Source: Yuukianura sp. NJ FZ-2021 (taxonomy: Eukaryota). From it: a stretch of DNA of 64,000 nt. Location: positions 3,410,001-3,474,000 of the forward strand of contig CM102283.1 in the NCBI GenBank assembly GCA_046563655.1, in the 5' to 3' direction. A program made the translations under genes and the position numbers. Numbering within the stretch: position 1 is the first letter of the stretch; the number at the start of each line of letters is the position of its first letter. The notes under the pieces are model-generated. The model had not been told where the DNA came from. It saw nothing but the letters and a program-made list of their open reading frames with translations, and made no database searches. Shown in pieces: positions 53,630 to 64,000 of this stretch.

Positions 53630-55098
53630 GACACTTAGGAAAACTCTGTGTAAGTTTATGTTTATGTTTATGAATATAAAGTTATTCAAACTCCTCCCCT
53701 TTTCACAAAAAGTTATTCATAAGCATAAACATGGGCCGATTTGTGTTTATAAAAGCAAAAGATAAACAGTGCACACGAATATGTTTAACTCTTCACTTCA
53801 TCTTTACTAAAGTTAAAATTACCACTAATTAATCAAAAATCAAAGTGATTAGTCATCAATGTTGATTTTTCAGTGATCAGTGAGGATTTTTTAGTGACCA
53901 CAGATTAATTTTCAGTGACCGCCAAAGACTTTTTAGTGAGCACTGATGATTTCTCAGTGATCAAAAGCTTTTCAGTGACCACTGACCATTTTTCAGACCA
54001 CTAACCATTTTTCAGTGACCACTGACCCTTTTTCAGTGACCACTAACCATTTTTCAGTGGCCACTGACCATTTTTCAGTGACCACTGACCATTTTTCAGT
54101 GACCACTAACCATTTTTCAGTGACCACCAACAACTCTTCAGTGACCACTGACCATTTTTCAGTGACCACTAACCATTTTTCAGTGACCACCAACAACTCT
54201 TCAGTGACCACTGACCATTTTTCAGTGACCACTAACCATTTTTCAGTGACCACCAACAACTCTTCAGTGACCACTGACCATTTTTCAGTGACCACTAACC
54301 ATTTTTCAGTGACCACCAACAACTCTTCAGTGACCACTGACCATTTTTCTGTGACCACTAACCATTTTTCAGTGACCACCAACAACTCTTCAGTGAACAC
54401 TGATGATTTTTCAGTGACCACCAACAACTCTTCAGTGAACACTGATGATTTTTCAGTGACCACCAACAACTCTTCAGTGAACACTGATGTATTTTCAGTG
54501 ACCACCAACAACTCTTCAGTGAACACTGATGATTTTTCAGTGACCACCAACAACTCTTCAGTGAACACTGATGATTTTTCAGTGACCAACTAAACAAATT
54601 TTCAGTGATCACTGATGATTTTTCAGTGACCACAGATTGTCAGAGGTCACCCATGATTTTTCAGTGATGATTTTTCAGTGATTATTCAAAAATTCTCAGG
54701 AATCACTGACAATTTTTCAGTGATCGCTGCTAATTCATCAGTTTAGAATTTTTCAATAGTCACTGAAAAATCATCACTGATCACTGAAAATTTTTTGGAG
54801 ATCACTGAAATATCTAAATTTTAGTACATAGTCACTGAAAAATCTACGAATTGAAAATTTTATTTGGTCACTGAACAATCATCGGTGATCACTGAAAATT
54901 TTTAGTTGACCAATTTTTACAATTTCCTTAGTACACTACTCCGATTCGGTAGTCATGGGACACATGAATTCTTAAACGTATACATAAGCAAGTGCTCTCC
55001 TAACTGAGGGGTCCAACTTATGCGTATGTTTATGTTTAAGTTTAAAAAAGATAAGCATAAGCATAAACATAAACTTACGCAGAGTTTTCCTAAGTGTC
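53630..55098. mobile_element. Non-autonomous TIR (MITE-like) element enclosing a satellite
   Basis: About 43-bp TIRs GACACTTAGGAAAACTCTGYGTAAGTTTATGTTTATG (2 mismatches); flanking direct repeat TAATA (or AAT in a 1-nt wider register); no transposase. Confidence 0.8.
53865..54900. repeat. 21-bp minisatellite with 63-bp and 42-bp higher-order units and an inverted right arm
   Basis: Unit TTTTCAGTGACCACTRACCAT and variants; inverted TCACTGAAAA copies at 54760-54900. Confidence 0.92.
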
Positions 55099-55571
55099 TA
55101 ATAATTTGTATGACAAAATTATAATATAAATATAAATACATAAACTACTAAAACTAAATTAAGAGCAGATAAACCGGAGAGCGTCAATGACGTTTCAAAA
55201 TTGACGCAATTTGGAACACAAGCTTTGTCAAAAATAAGGGTTTTGAAACGCTGTGCAACAATTAGTACATTAGATGCCTAGGCTAACAAAAACTAAAACT
55301 AAATAGTGCCAATTTTCAAATTTGCAAGCAAATTAGTCAAAGTCTTTTGGAAAAAGACGGTGGCTCAAAGTCACTGCTTATTGGACATTGAATCTAAAAA
55401 TGAAAAACGGAAGAATAATTTTCACATAAAAATTTGCTCTATTTAATGCGGTGGAAAATGCCACTTAAAAAGACGCACAAAATAGTGTGAAACGGAAGCA
55501 ATGGAGTAGTTATGAACTTCTTGAAGTCGGAACACTTTTCAAAATTTTGACATTTTTTACAATTTTTCAAA

Positions 55572-58500
55572 ATGAAAACGAGATTTGTAACTTCAAATAG
55601 TTCGACAAGTTTAGTAAATGCTGCTTCATTTGGAAATGGAAACGACTTGAATCTGAATCCAGGCGATACTGGAGTCAAAGTTGAGCACAACCGAAAAGAA
55701 GATTTTGATCGTGGACCGTCGTTTTTTGAAAGAGCGTTCCAGTAAGTTTCAAAACAGTTAAAAAAAAGTTTTCTTTTTTTGAAACTTGGAATTTTGATTC
55801 CCAGGAAGAAAAATTTTGAACGGACGTTCCCAATTTTGAAGTGGGGCAGAAAGTATACAGTGCAAAAAGGCGTTTCTGATTTGATCGCTGGATTGACAGT
55901 GGGCCTTACAGTTTTGCCGCAAGGTCTGGCCTATGCTACTGTTGCAGGGTAGGGATTATAATATTTATTTAATTATTTATAATATATAAAATTTATGTAT
56001 TTCATATAATTTAATTAATGCATGTTACAACTAATTCATAGGTTACCGCCAATTTACGGGCTGTACTCCAGTTTTGTAGGGTGTTTTGTATACATTTTAT
56101 TCGGTAGTACAAAGGCCATAACCATCGGACCTACAGCAATCCAGTCAATATTAACATACAAATATACCTACGGAAAACCACCACAATACGGTACTCATCA
56201 AATTTTTTTTCGAAGTACTTTTTTTGAAAAAATTTTTTGTTTCAAGAAGTTTTTTAGTTAAAATTTTTTTTTCAAACTTACAGCTATTTTCCTGTGCTTC
56301 GTTACTGCCGTTGTTACACTCTTTATGGGAATTTTCCGATTAGGTATGGTTTCAATTTTTCTGATAAAATTTGTCCTGAAATTCAAAAATTTTTGTTTTT
56401 CGACTTTTGAATAGGATTTGTTGCCAATTTCATTTCTGCTCCTGTGATTAGCGGATTTACTTCTGGAGTGGCTCTGACCATTGTTGCTACGCAACTTAAA
56501 AGTTTGTTAGGTTTGAAATTCGACAAAGAAGGATTTTTGCCTACGATGCTTGGACTTGCTGAACATATTCACGAATACAAAAAGTATGACACGATTATGA
56601 GTGTCGCTGGACTCTTAACATACGTCGTTTTGAAGGTAAAACACCTTCGGGTTTTGATTATTTTGTTGTTGCGCTTTTTGATGTTGACAATTAGTTGTAT
56701 TTCTCCTACTCCTTAAAATTATCGATTCCTTTCGAGATTTTTGAAAACTGAATTGTTTCAACAATTTAAAATTGTTGTTGACCTTTTTGCAGTATATCCA
56801 AAATATTGTTGGACTTTTTGTCAAAGTGAACAAACCTGTGGACAAAGCCCTTTGGCTCCTCTCTACCGCCAGAGGCGCTATAATCATCATCGTAATAAAA
56901 TTTAATATAATTGAATACATTTAAATATAAAAATGTAATATATTTTCATGTAAAATATAATATTATTATAGGCTGCTACTGCATATGTCATGATCACTGG
57001 AACTACGATGTTCAGTCTCGTTGGTCACATCACTCCAGGACTTCCAGCATTCCAGCCTCCGCCATTTACAATTTTGGACCCCTCCACGAACATTACACAT
57101 TCCTTCACGGACATTCTGCAGGAAGAGGCTTCTGCACTGCTAGTCTTGCCACTTCTGGGGGTCATGGGACACATCACCATTGCAAAGGCATTCGCAGGTA
57201 TGAATTTAAATATTTTATAATATAATAAATAAATAATATAAAACTAAATTAATTTCACACAGGATCAGACAGAGTGGACTGCACTCAAGAAATTCTATGC
57301 ATCGGCATTTCCAACGCCATCTCTTGCTTCTTCAGCTCATACGCCATCGGAGGCAGTTTTTCTAGAACGACAGTCAATGCTATGAGTGGAGCAGAGTCAC
57401 CTGCAGGTACCAATTTTTGAATTTTGAGAAAAAAACTAAAATATGTTCAAAAGATTTCTCTAATTTTGAATTAAAAAAATATGCAGAATGGTTCGATTTA
57501 TTTTCAATTTTAAAAAAATGTAGAATGATTTGTCTAATTTTCCATTTTTTTAAAACTTGTAGGTGGGCTGATCACAGGCAGTATGGGTAAGATGTACTAA
57601 ATTTAAAAAAAATTAATAATTTGTCTTGAAATTTTGAGTTTTTAGTGTTGAATTTAGTGTATTAAATTTTGACTTTTTTAAAATTTTGTGTTTGGATTTT
57701 TGTTCTGCTTTTCAGTTGTACTGGCACTGCTGTTTTTGACGCCGACGTTTGCATACATTCCGAAATCGAGTTTGGCTGCTTTGATTTCGGGTTCAGTCAT
57801 TTTCATGGTGGATCTTACCATTATCATGCCACTGTGGAGATCAAAAAGTACGTTTTGGAAATTTTGAATTTTTTTTTCCAAAATTTTGAAACTTTTTGAA
57901 TTTTAGGAATGGACTTGATTCCCTGGTCATTGACCTTCTTGGTCACGCTCTTCGTTGGTTTGGAATTTGGCATCATGACAGGCCTCATCATTTCCGTCTT
58001 CTACCTGCTCTACTACGCAGCTCGTCCACGCGTCAAAATTTTACAGGGCGAGGTAAAATTCAAAACTTCAAAAAAAAAAAAAAATTTGTTCAAAATTTTG
58101 AGTTTTTTTTCTCGAAATTTCAGACCGCTAAAGGCAACAACTTCACCATAATTGTGCTGGACAGGTCAATGACCTTTCCTTCCGTTGACCACATCACATA
58201 TGAAATTACAAAAGCCGTCGGTAGATGGGGTGTCTACAAAGTGCCAGTGGTCATAGACTGTCACCATATTCAATATGCCGGTAAATTCAAAATTTTGGAA
58301 AATTTTTCAAAATTTTTCTAAAAGTTTCAAAAATTTTGAATCTTTTAGACTACACTGCTGGAACAGCCATTCGGGACATGATTAAAACTCTGAAAGTGGA
58401 GGGCTATGACCTTGTTTTTTGGCAACTGAAGCCATCTATTCTGCATATTCTAAAAGGAGTAATGCACAATTCAGGCATAGCCTTTGTGCATTGTCAGGCA

Positions 58501-58629
58501 GAAAGTGATGTCGAGGTCATCATAGACGAGGCATGTCAAGGTCAGGTCAACGGAACAACGGCCAGACTGGGCGTGCCCACTAGCTGGACAGCCACGATCC
58601 ACCGAACACTCTCCGCCTCTCACCTATAA
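55572..58629 (+). CDS. SLC26 sulfate/anion transporter (SLC26A11-like), about 13 exons
   Basis: FPILKW...[65 protein letters not shown], STAS domain (VVIDCHHIQYADYTA). Confidence 0.93.
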
Positions 58630-59109
58630 CCAAATTTTTTAAGTTTTGTCAGGTCCTTTTCAAATTTTGAATAAAAATTTCCAAAAAAAAAAACGAATTC
58701 CCGACACTGAAGTTATGAATTTTCTGGAATTTGCAAAAATTCTGACCTGGAAAGTGGAAAAGTTGTTCACAATTTGCGAATTTTTTGGAATTTGCAAAAA
58801 TTGTGAGCCAAAAAATCCAAAAGTTGTTGACAATAATGTGCGATTTTTTTTTGCAAAAATTGTTTCCTAGTTTTTCGCAAACTGGTTGCAATTTTGGAAC
58901 CTGTTTGACTGTAGATTCTTTCTGGTCATGGTCAGACCATGTTAGGTGACATTCGCAATTTGCAAATTCGCAAATCACGAGTTCGCAATCCTTGAATTTT
59001 GCAACATCACCTGGTAAAAATCTGCAATGTTTTAGGGATTAGGGACTGCGACACTCGTGGCTAGATCGGCTTAGGTTCCAGACAAAACAGCTTTGGATCA
59101 AAATCAAAA

Positions 59110-59472
59110 ATGAAGGTGAGTCAATGTTTAAAGTTCAACTGAAAAATTTTCAAATTCTGAACATTTCCTAAATTTCAATTTCAGAATGGACGTTTTCTGA
59201 GTTTATCCGTCGCAATTTTTTTTCTGGTTGTTTTGGTTTTTGCCAAAACGGTGAGTACGTGCGGAGGGCCAGTTCAGTACTTGGATGACGGAGGAAACTT
59301 TGTTGGAGCGAGTCAAGCTTCACGTACGGAAAGTCAAAATTGGGGTCAAAGGTCATCAATTCAAAGGCCAAGACTTCAAAGCAGTGTAACGTACGTGCCA
59401 CCTCTGCGGAGATTCAAAAGAAGCCGCTCAATTCATCTTCGTCTTCCTCAACCCCACCCTGTCGCTGCCTAA
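59110..59472 (+). CDS. Small secreted prepropeptide-like protein (exons 59110-59115, 59185-59472)
   Basis: ATGAAG/gtgagt...ttcag gives MKNGRFLSLSVAIFFLVVLVFAKTVSTCGG...RRFKRSRSIHLRLPQPHPVAA*. Confidence 0.65.
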
Positions 59473-59659
59473 AAATAACTCAAAACTATTCCAACCTTAG
59501 TTTTTAGTAAAATAATGTCAAAGGTCAGGCTTACTTTTAGTTAAAAAGGTCAAAGGTCAAGTTTAATTTCAGTCTACGTGTAGTTAAAGGACGTCAAAGA
59601 TCAAGGAAATTGAGTAAAAACGTCAATAAACAAGTGGACTCTGACGCTTGTGTAATTAT

Positions 59660-60670
59660 TAAGTATCGTCAGATACTTATAGGGATCGTAATTGCCGTCC
59701 GTCTGTCCGTCCGTCTGTCCGTCCGACTATACTAGCCACAACATCTCTGGAACCGCTGGACCGATTTTCAATCTGTCTTCACAGATGAACTGCACATGGT
59801 CCAGGGGTGGACAAGTGGTTTTCGGTTTGACCGGAAGTGGCCAACTTCCGGGTCAAAGGCCAAGGTCAAGTACATTTTCGACAGAATTTGGAAAAATCGC
59901 CTCTACAAAAGTTGTTCATCTCAAGGAGAGGAACAACTTTTCCGTCGGTGATGTTGACCTTTGACCTACGGTTCTAGAGATATAGACGTTGCAAGTTGGA
60001 AAATGGTGTCGCTCATACTACGCGCGTATATAACTTTGGAACCACTGAACCGATTTTCAACCTGTCTTCGCAGATGAGCTTCACATGGTAGAGGGGTCAC
60101 TAATCGGTCTCTGGTTTGAACGGAAGTGGCCAAATTCCGGGTGAAAGGTCAAGGTCAAATACATTTTTAAGTATCGTCAGATACTTTCATTCAGAGAAAA
60201 ACCAGTTTCTGGATTCATCTCAAGTGACCTCTATCGGTGTCAAAGGTGAAGGTTATGCTCCATTTAAATTAGGGAAACGGACGGACAAACTCGGAAGGGG
60301 TTTGCGGAAATCGAGCTTTGATGACCTTGAGTGACCTCAAACGTGGTCAAATGTCAAAGACATTTTTTTGTACAAGTTGGGAAACGGATAGACCGATTTG
60401 GTAGCGGTATATGGGGATCCGATTTTGATCACTTCTAGTGACCTCTAACAGGGTCAAGGCTCAAGGTCCTCCTTCTCTCTATAATTCGGAAAAGGATGGA
60501 CCGATTTGGAAGTGGTTTCCAGGCATCGCTGTTTGACGACGCGAGGACTAAGATTTCTGTTTGAGCTCTAACAATGTGAGAGATCTAGGTCAACAATATC
60601 TCGCGCGGGAACTCTCTATAATTGATCTGACGATACTTATTTACATCGTCTTTGCAAGAGGTTTATTTTT
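59660..60670 (+). mobile_element. DINE-1/HINE-like (Helentron-derived) non-autonomous element
   Basis: 15-bp subterminal inverted repeat TAAGTATCGTCAGAT / ATCTGACGATACTTA, 5' palindrome AAGTATC-gtca-GATACTT, (GTCC/GTCT)n at 59696-59724, internal direct repeats, 3' short stem-loop followed by a T-run. Confidence 0.75.
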
Positions 60671-61123
60671 AGCCAAAGTTATCAAAATAAGTTGAAAAAG
60701 TAGAATTGACGATGATGTGGAAATGGAGTTTTGGAAAAAGCTAATTTTTGTACAAACTCTTGCGTACCTTAAGGGCCTTTGTGTTGAACTTTGATGTTTT
60801 GTTAAGCCAAAATGAGGTTGGAGGTTCAGAAATTCAGAATAAAAAATAGAAGGGATACATAGCCTAAGGGGAGATTCGTTCAAAAACAAAGTTGTGGAAG
60901 CAGTATTTGAAATTCTCAAAAACATAATCAGTTCAACACTGTAAAAGTCACCATCTCTTGTTTGTTCATCGAGTTAGAAAAAAAAACCATTGAAGCGTCG
61001 TTCCACATTTGTAGAAAATGGTTCCACTCCAGGTAGGATACTGGATTAATTTTTGGAAAATGAAATTAAAAATTTAGAATAGAAAATTTGATTTAGAACA
61101 GAAAGTTTGAAAAAATTTGAACA

Positions 61124-61693
61124 GGTCATAAAGGTCAACATCATCTTCACCTTGTGTTTCGGAGTTGAGGCGGAGTTCAACGGGAAAGAAACTACTACTA
61201 CTCCAGTACCATGGAGATTTCATAATTCTGAAACAAAAGTATCCAATGCCGCTCAAGCTTTAGTCCTTGTCCGTAAGCGCCATTTGTAGTTTTGTGTTTT
61301 AAAATTTTAAAAAATAACTGGGAATCAGTGTTTCCAAAAAGAAAACAAACTATAGTTTCCAATTTTGAAGGGAATGGACGAGGGAAGGCAGAGTATGCAG
61401 TTGATGAAGTGAAAATTGTTACGCAGGAGCAATTGTCCCAGACATTTGCATTCATTTCCGGAACCTGGTTAGCAACACTGGATAAAGCATTGCAAGGACT
61501 AGAAAAAATGCTGGAGAGATGGGATAAAACGCTGGAACGAGTTGACAAAACGCTGGAGCGAGTTGACAAAACGCTAGATCGATTGGATAAATCAATGGAC
61601 AAAACGTTTGATCGCTTCGACAAAACTCTCTTTTTTTTTTGGGGTGTACTCATATCTATTACAATAGTAGCACTAACCTCAATCATTGTTTGA
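61124..61693 (+). CDS. Heptad-repeat coiled-coil protein with C-terminal TM helix; start not found
   Basis: (DKTLERV)n encoded by 21-nt repeats, then FFFWGVLISITIVALTSIIV*; possible upstream exon 61124-61272 joins in phase. Confidence 0.45.
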
Positions 61694-62619
61694 ATTTTGT
61701 TAAATTCACAACAAACCGGAAAAAAAAGAGAAATAGGATTTTTTTTAGATCTACAATTTTTAGGATGTACAATTTCATTTAGAATTAGGATTTCGTTCAT
61801 GGCCAACTGTTTGTATACTAAACACGGACTCAAGGCCACTAAAAGTAAACTTAGCTGTTGTTTACACACTGCTAATTTTCGGTAATTAACTTCCAAATCA
61901 TGTAAATACATAAATCTCTTCAAAATTCAATTCCTCAAAATTGGTATCAATCATCCTGTGTCTAAATTTCAAAAACATTTGTGTCTTAAACTTTACTTTT
62001 TTTAATCCACCGCCATTCCGTTCGTGCATGTTTCATCAAAGACGTTTTTGGACTGGAAAATTCCAGATTTCAAAATCTCTAGTGCCAAAAGTTCAGACGC
62101 CACTAAAACCTTCTTGAAACTCCGTCCAACTTTTTTTTTGAAACTCCGCCCAACTTTTTTTTTGAAATTGTGCTGTAATACTAAGAAGTAAGGCTGAATG
62201 CGGGAGTATTAAGTTGGGTGCTGTTTGCTCACCTAGAGAAATCCAGCGTCCCGTGAGTGCCAAAACATGATAAGTTCAGAAAACATAGGTTGATAAGCAT
62301 TGTTATAGTACTAGATAATAGAAGATGAAGTGGGGGGTCAGTAGCACTTTGGAAGTCTATAAGCATCCAGCATCTCTAAAGCAGCATTTTGGAAGTCTAT
62401 AAGTATCCAGCATCCAGCATCTCGGCAGCATTATTCAGCTTCCACAAGCTCCATTTCACATCTGCTGCTTAAAATTTAAATAAAATTAGAGCGGATTAGG
62501 GATTAAATAGTTCAAGTGGAAAATTCCTCCAGTCCAGATTTTTTGGGCATAAAAACAACAGTACTCGCACTGGCCACTTTCACTCAAGAGTGGCCCAGCG
62601 ACTTGAAGAGACATCCAGA

Positions 62620-62696
62620 AAAGTTCTAAAAAGTCTAAAGTTCAAAAGTCTAAAAGTTCAAAAGGTATAAAAGTTCAAAGAGTCTAAAAGTTCTAA
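62620..62696. repeat. Short AAAGTTC/AAAAGTCT tandem repeat
   Basis: About nine imperfect 8-bp units. Confidence 0.6.
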
Positions 62697-62912
62697 GATT
62701 TACAGAAGAAAAGTTAAAAAAACGCTTCTAGTATAGTTTTGAGTTTGAGATTTTGGAACAGAATTAAATTGGTTTTGATTTCTGTATTTTGGAGCTAAAA
62801 AAGTTCTAGCTAAAAGTTGGTGTTTTAAATTTTCAAAAAGTCTTCGTTTTTTGAAATCTTTGTTTTTGAAAAAGGCGCCACTTGCCGTTAAACTTCTGAA
62901 TAGTTTCTGTCT

Positions 62913-64000
62913 ATGGGTAAATATCGGACTAGTCCTCAAAAGATCAAATGTGGTGACAGTGTCGGTGGTCTCCTGTTCTGGAGCTTCTTCTTTTTCGTGT
63001 CTCCGCCACTCCTGGCGGCGACTCCGGTGGATCCAGTCTCTCCGGTGGCTCAATCTGCCCCACCAACGACCTCATTGGTGCGTTCGGTGAATGGAGACAT
63101 CCTATTGGTGGATTCAGTAAATGGAGACATCCTATTGGCTGAGCCAAATTGCACTCCCAGCGCACTCAATGATTTCCCGCATGACTTCTTCACGAAGGAG
63201 CAACGACTCCATGGAGGGCTCGTCTTCCATTTTATCATTTCGTTCTACGCATTCTACGCTCTGTTCATTGTCTGCGATGACTACTTTGTTCCGTCCATTG
63301 AAGAAATCACAAGAGGTAATTCATTTTAAAAAAAATCAAAATTTTGAAAAAGTTTCAAAATTTCATGATTTTTCAAAATTTCAGTTCTTGGAATCTCCAC
63401 GGATTTGGCTGGAGCAACGTTCATGGCAATTTCGACCTCTGCACCGGAACTCTTTACGAACGTCATTGGAACTTTTGTTACGAAGGGTGAGCATTATCAT
63501 GCGCGAATTTCAAAAAAAAAAAGAGTACTGCGCATGTGTCAGGTTGTAAAATTTGCAATTTTAAATGTCTAAAAATAGAGTTGTGCACTTGTCTGGCATT
63601 AAAATTAGAATAATTCGCAGACTTTAAAATGGCGGCTTCTGATTGGTTGAATTTTTTATTACAGGAGACATGGGCGTGGGGACCATAGTTGGGAGTGCAG
63701 TTTTCAATATTTTGGCTGTTGGATTCTGTTGTGGCATTGGAGCTGGATATGCCGTTGAAATTCACAAGAAGCAACGGCGTCCGGTAACTTTTTCAGAATT
63801 GAAATTTGAAATTTTGAAAATCAAAATTTATGAGTATTTTTTCGAAATTTTAGGGAATAGTGTTAGAGTGGTATCCACTAACACGTGACTGCATCTTTTA
63901 CCTCTGTTCAGTTGGACTGCTGCTGGTCGTTCTGGAAAATCGGAGAGTCTACTGGTATGAGGCATTGACGCTCCTGCTCTTCTACTTTGTCTACATCTTA
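62913..64000 (+). CDS. K+-dependent Na+/Ca2+ exchanger (SLC24/NCKX), 5' part; continues beyond window
   Basis: [34 protein letters not shown], alpha-1 repeat [39 protein letters not shown]. Confidence 0.93.

Noticed and set aside
53993-54633. Long ORFs on both strands with 7-aa repeats (TTDHFSV / VTEKWLV)
   Set aside because: By-product of a stop-free 21-bp satellite inside a TIR element; non-ATG starts and no splice context.
53865-54740. Regular repeats superficially resembling a CRISPR array
   Set aside because: No unique spacers, no cas genes, and the context is eukaryotic.
61198-61923. 241-aa minus-strand ORF
   Set aside because: Antisense shadow of the heptad-repeat ORF, extended through AT-rich sequence.

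Overview
Compact, AT-rich eukaryotic (animal) genomic DNA with short GT-AG introns; the style suggests an arthropod such as a springtail, which is inference only. About 20 spliced genes, in order: a degenerate kelch fragment, LRRC56-like, thymidylate synthase with a complete glutaredoxin nested antisense in its second intron, CCDC22, two tandem CDC50/TMEM30 paralogues, MPP10, snurportin-1, a C-terminally short BAG6, CREBL2, FAM166/CIMIP2-like, CCZ1, SEC24C/D, a mucin-like type II membrane protein, SLC26A11-like and an NCKX (SLC24) 5' part, plus several orphan or secreted ORFs. The main non-coding finding is three paralogous box C/D snoRNAs in three introns of MPP10, all antisense to the 18S rRNA segment ACGAGGAAUUCC beside the m7G site. 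One copy is shifted by 1 nt and should target the neighbouring base. Also present are a TIR element enclosing a 21-bp higher-order satellite and a DINE-1/HINE-like element. Gene models were spliced by eye and family calls come from recognised motifs; no database search was run.
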